Of a stretch of 61,846 nt of DNA, positions 58,764-61,846 are shown one piece after another. Under the pieces are notes generated by a model, which saw only the letters and a program-made list of their open reading frames with translations, was not told the origin of the DNA and made no database searches. The translations under genes were made by a program, and so were the position numbers. This stretch comes from an uncultured Prevotella sp. (GTDB lineage Bacteria; Bacillota_I; Bacilli_A; RFN20; CAG-288). Each line of letters begins with the position of its first letter. Position 1 is the stretch's first letter. The stretch spans positions 1 to 61,846 of the forward strand of contig CAVHUN010000066.1 of the NCBI GenBank assembly GCA_963639175.1. The letters run 5' to 3'.

Positions 58764-60257
58764 ATGGAAGAAAATTCAAAAGATAAGATTATCGTTATTA
58801 CAAATGATCAAGATAAAAAAGAAAACACTTGGTTTCCAAATTACACAAAACAAGTTGCTAGATATAAATATTATGTATTAAGCGCATCCTTAATTTGCTT
58901 AATTGCTGGTTATGTAGCTTGTGAATTTGGATACAATAAGCCAAGAAGAAATTTAGAAGCTAGCTTCTCTATTTCAAATTCTTTCCCTTTTACAAGTTCA
59001 AATGATAATTTATATTATCCAAATGGTAATAAATTCAATCAATCAGATATCATAAATAGTGAAAATATCAAAGCGGTTTTAGAATTAAAAGATGAAAATG
59101 GAAATTTAAAATATTCAAATTTAACCTATGATAAATTAATTAATTCATCTTCTGTTTCTATTTCTAAAATATATTCTACAAGTTCAGAAAACGAAGCTGC
59201 TGATTCTAAGTTTACTATCAAATTATTATTAAAATCATTTTCTAATTCAGAACAAGCTACCTCTTTTGTAAAAGATTTAGTTAATAATTACACAGATGTC
59301 TACTTTAAAACTCAAACAAATAGTTTATATATTGAAGATAATTTAAATTATTATTCTGTTGAAAATTACAATACATATAACGATTTATTCGAAAAATTAG
59401 TTATCTTACAAAACCAATATAATTCTATTGAAAGTGCCTATAATTCTTTAATTAAGAGTAGTCTAGATTCTAAAATTGGAGAAAATGGCAAATCAATTTC
59501 TCAACTTAATAACGAATTTAAAAATGCCTGCGATTTATCTTTATTAGAATCAAGTGCTTATTCAGCTTCTTATTTAATTAACTTTACTTCTGATAATGAT
59601 GCATCTAAAACTAAGACATATATCGAAAATAAAGTAAACGCCTATATTAAAGATTACAATTCTAATTTAGCAAAGATTGATTCTTTAACTACCTTAATTA
59701 ACAATTTAAATATAGGTAGCGATTCTTCTTCTAATATTCCTAGTTCCACTTACGAATTATTAAATGGATATATAAAGCAAAAATCAACTCTCACTTCTAA
59801 GAACTTAGAAATTGAAGCTATCTTAAATCACTATGGCTATTCTTATGATTCTCCTTCTAAATCATTTATTTTAGGAAACCAAGGCGCTGTTATTAGATTA
59901 AATAATTATATCAATGGTAGTGATTCTACTTATTTAGATGAATGTAAAGCATTAGTAAATCAATTTGATTCTTTAAAAGATGAATTAATTAAACAAAAAG
60001 AATTATTAGTTAAATCATATTCAGATATATATTCAAAATGTGAAATTAAATTTGACACTCCTTCAATTGGTAGTGTTACAGGTGGAGTTTCAAATTATAT
60101 TGGAGCTATAGCTGGTTTATTACTTGGATATGTTATCTCATCTTTAATAGCTTCTTATTATGGAAAAAATCATCCTAAAAAAGAAGATGATGATAATTCA
60201 AATTCCCATTCTTCAAATAACATTGTAGAAGTCACTCCTTCTAATCAAGATAAATAA
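58764..60257 (+). CDS. membrane protein with Wzz/polysaccharide-co-polymerase-like topology
   Basis: TM1 is YYVLSASLICLIAGYVACEF. A ~400-aa Asn/Ser/Leu-rich, partly coiled-coil extracytoplasmic region follows. TM2 (GAIAGLLLGYVISSLIASYYG) lies near the C-terminus. I prefer the ATG at 58764, with GGAG upstream, over the TTG at 58719. Confidence 0.35.
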   Translation: MEENSKDKIIVITNDQDKKENTWFPNYTKQVARYKYYVLSASLICLIAGYVACEFGYNKPRRNLEASFSISNSFPFTSSNDNLYYPNGNKFNQSDIINSENIKAVLELKDENGNLKYSNLTYDKLINSSSVSISKIYSTSSENEAADSKFTIKLLLKSFSNSEQATSFVKDLVNNYTDVYFKTQTNSLYIEDNLNYYSVENYNTYNDLFEKLVILQNQYNSIESAYNSLIKSSLDSKIGENGKSISQLNNEFKNACDLSLLESSAYSASYLINFTSDNDASKTKTYIENKVNAYIKDYNSNLAKIDSLTTLINNLNIGSDSSSNIPSSTYELLNGYIKQKSTLTSKNLEIEAILNHYGYSYDSPSKSFILGNQGAVIRLNNYINGSDSTYLDECKALVNQFDSLKDELIKQKELLVKSYSDIYSKCEIKFDTPSIGSVTGGVSNYIGAIAGLLLGYVISSLIASYYGKNHPKKEDDDNSNSHSSNNIVEVTPSNQDK

Positions 60258-60265
60258 ATCGATTT

Positions 60266-60314
60266 AAAAAGATACGTTATTTCTTAATTAAAAGATTAAA
60301 CGTATCTTTTTTTA
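60266..60314. terminator. bidirectional terminator between the Wzz-like gene and yhaM
   Basis: The AAAGATACGTT / AACGTATCTTT stem has an A-run upstream and a T-run downstream. Confidence 0.7.
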
Positions 60315-60315
60315 T

Positions 60316-61254
60316 TTATTTAGTTTTTAAATAAGCTTGACCATCTAATAAGGGTAAACGTTGAGAAAATTCTCCAACATTCACATTTTTTAACGCTGCA
60401 TCAATTATAAACATCTTAGCATCTAATTCATCTAACATATGTAAGACTAATGCTTCAGCCGTTTTTGGAACAATAGGAGAGCCATATTCTAATGAGCCGT
60501 GGTGAGATAAAATCATATGTACAATAACAGCTAATTTATCTTCAGGAGTTTTTATTCTTTCTCCTACACTTTCAACAATAAATGCTCCAATACTTATATG
60601 GCCTTGTAAGTTACCTCTTAAAGTATAACTTGTAGCAGTTATTCCATTCATTTCAACAATTTTTCCAATATCGTGAAGCAATGCACCAACTATTAAATAA
60701 TCTAAATTAAGTTGAGGATATTGACTTGCGATTAATTGAGCATCTTTTGCAATACAAATCGAATGATAAACTATCCCACATCTATATGCATGATGAACAC
60801 TAATTGCTGCTGGATATGAAAAATACTTTTCTTGATTTTCTTTTATTGTTTCAATAGCTAATTTTTTTAAGTCAGGATCACTTACTTTATTTAACAATGT
60901 GTTAATTTCATCTTTAATTTGTTGATCAGATAAAGGACATCTTACATAAAAATCATTTGGATCATAATCGTTAGGTCCTATTTTAATAACAGAAGCAATT
61001 TTTAATTGATTTGCTCCTTTATATTTAAAAACATCACCAATTATTCTAATAACACTTCCAGGAACAATAATATCTAAATCTCCTACTTCAATTGACCATT
61101 TTTTACCAGTTATTGAACCAGAAATATCTTGTAAAACAACAGTTAAATAATTAGAGCCATTGCTTGCTACGCTTTTATCGCATGTTTTAACAAGTAAAGG
61201 CCCATCAAAGCTACCGCCTTCATCTAAATAATCTTTTAAATATTTAATTAGCAT
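60316..61254 (-). CDS. yhaM: 3'-5' exoribonuclease YhaM (OB-fold plus HD domain)
   Basis: N-terminal OB region (NYLTVVLQDISGSITGKKW) and HD motifs HHAYRCG...LLHDIGK...SHHG. The product is 312 aa. Confidence 0.8.
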   Translation of the reverse strand: MLIKYLKDYLDEGGSFDGPLLVKTCDKSVASNGSNYLTVVLQDISGSITGKKWSIEVGDLDIIVPGSVIRIIGDVFKYKGANQLKIASVIKIGPNDYDPNDFYVRCPLSDQQIKDEINTLLNKVSDPDLKKLAIETIKENQEKYFSYPAAISVHHAYRCGIVYHSICIAKDAQLIASQYPQLNLDYLIVGALLHDIGKIVEMNGITATSYTLRGNLQGHISIGAFIVESVGERIKTPEDKLAVIVHMILSHHGSLEYGSPIVPKTAEALVLHMLDELDAKMFIIDAALKNVNVGEFSQRLPLLDGQAYLKTK

Positions 61255-61846
61255 TTTTTATCTCCTCGTATTCTTTTTTAATATCGTCTATTTTATAACC
61301 TTTAGAAATCATTTTGTTAATGCATTTGCTTTTTAAAGTATATTCATCTAAATTCCTAAGCTTGTAATTATTATAAGTTTTAATAAGTTCATTTTTCAAT
61401 TTATAAACTTCTTGTTCATTTAATTTTTCTATTGTTGGATTTATATAAAAATACTTTTGTAAATAATCATTAATGTCTTGGCTAGAATGACCTAATATAG
61501 TCAATTTATTAATAACTGCTTGTTTAATTAAGAAAATATTCTTTTGAGAATTTTTTCTAATTATTTCATTTATTAAATTTTCAATATCAAAATTATCTTT
61601 ATTTTCATTGATGCAATTTTCAATTTCTTGGTAAGAATAATTCTCATTTTCTAATTCTTTAACAATTTTAGAATAAGCATATCCTTTTCTAAGCAATTTA
61701 GAAACATATTCATTTAAAAAGATAGATGGATTATATTGACCATTTTCAATTAAATTATCAATTAATTTATAAATCTTATCTTTGGATATTTCATATTTTT
61801 GATTTACTTTATCAACTAACTGCTTTTTAGAATAAGGTTTATAATT
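61244..61846 (-). CDS. recX: RecX-like regulatory protein, partial (5' end beyond the window end)
   Basis: The frame stays open upstream of the TTG used by the ORF track, all the way to nt 61846 (...KLIDNLIENGQYNPSIFLNEYVSKLLRKGYAYSKIVKEL...). Repeated helical L-x-x-KGY-x-x-x-I units are RecX-like. Confidence 0.45.
   Translation of the reverse strand, partial: NYKPYSKKQLVDKVNQKYEISKDKIYKLIDNLIENGQYNPSIFLNEYVSKLLRKGYAYSKIVKELENENYSYQEIENCINENKDNFDIENLINEIIRKNSQKNIFLIKQAVINKLTILGHSSQDINDYLQKYFYINPTIEKLNEQEVYKLKNELIKTYNNYKLRNLDEYTLKSKCINKMISKGYKIDDIKKEYEEIKNAN

Noticed and set aside
1-61846. CRISPR arrays, prophage remnants, toxin-antitoxin pairs, and TGA-as-Trp recoding.
   Set aside because: I saw no regularly spaced direct repeats and no phage structural or integrase genes. 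I also saw no small paired ORFs with toxin-antitoxin features. All long ORFs are uninterrupted under the standard code and Trp is encoded by TGG.

Overview
Very AT-rich chromosome segment that uses the standard genetic code: Trp is TGG and long ORFs show no TGA recoding. It most likely comes from a low-GC Bacillota or Mollicutes-related lineage (Erysipelotrichia/Acholeplasma-like). Supporting this, EzrA, a CcpA-like LacI regulator, rubrerythrin and glgCDA are present, and many lipoproteins carry Ser-rich tethers. Most genes are on the minus strand.

Gene order:
- Partial PhoR-like histidine kinase plus OmpR-family response regulator, PHP phosphatase, truA, ecfT-ecfA2-ecfA1, a small membrane protein and dCMP deaminase.
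- pstS-pstC-pstA-pstB-phoU on the plus strand, preceded by Pho-box-like repeats.
- A ~16.5 kb block made only of lipoprotein genes (11.8-28.3 kb). It holds two paralogous Ser-rich repeat lipoproteins, an IS1634/IS4-like insertion sequence, and a tightly coupled 5-gene operon. That operon encodes two InhA/M6-like zinc-protease lipoproteins and three large orphan lipoproteins.
- rplT-rpmI-infC with an L20-leader-like attenuator, thiI, cysteine desulfurase, ezrA, a LacI/CcpA-like regulator, rubrerythrin, cvpA, glyA, a GNAT acetyltransferase, initiator tRNA-fMet and a guanylate-kinase-like gene.
- A membrane protein followed by glgC-glgD-glgA.
- A jetA-jetB-jetC (MksFEB/Wadjet-like) SMC operon with no JetD nuclease gene.
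- plsC, a type I pullulanase, two M16-like proteins lacking HxxEH, ftsK, a Wzz-topology membrane protein, yhaM and partial recX.

The best candidates for something new are:
- the 5-gene surface protease/lipoprotein operon;
- the signal-peptide-conserved Ser-rich lipoprotein pair with an IS in its duplicated terminator-promoter cassette;
- the nuclease-less jetABC operon;
- an apparently circularly permuted PstS.

All family assignments come from motifs read by eye. No database search was run.
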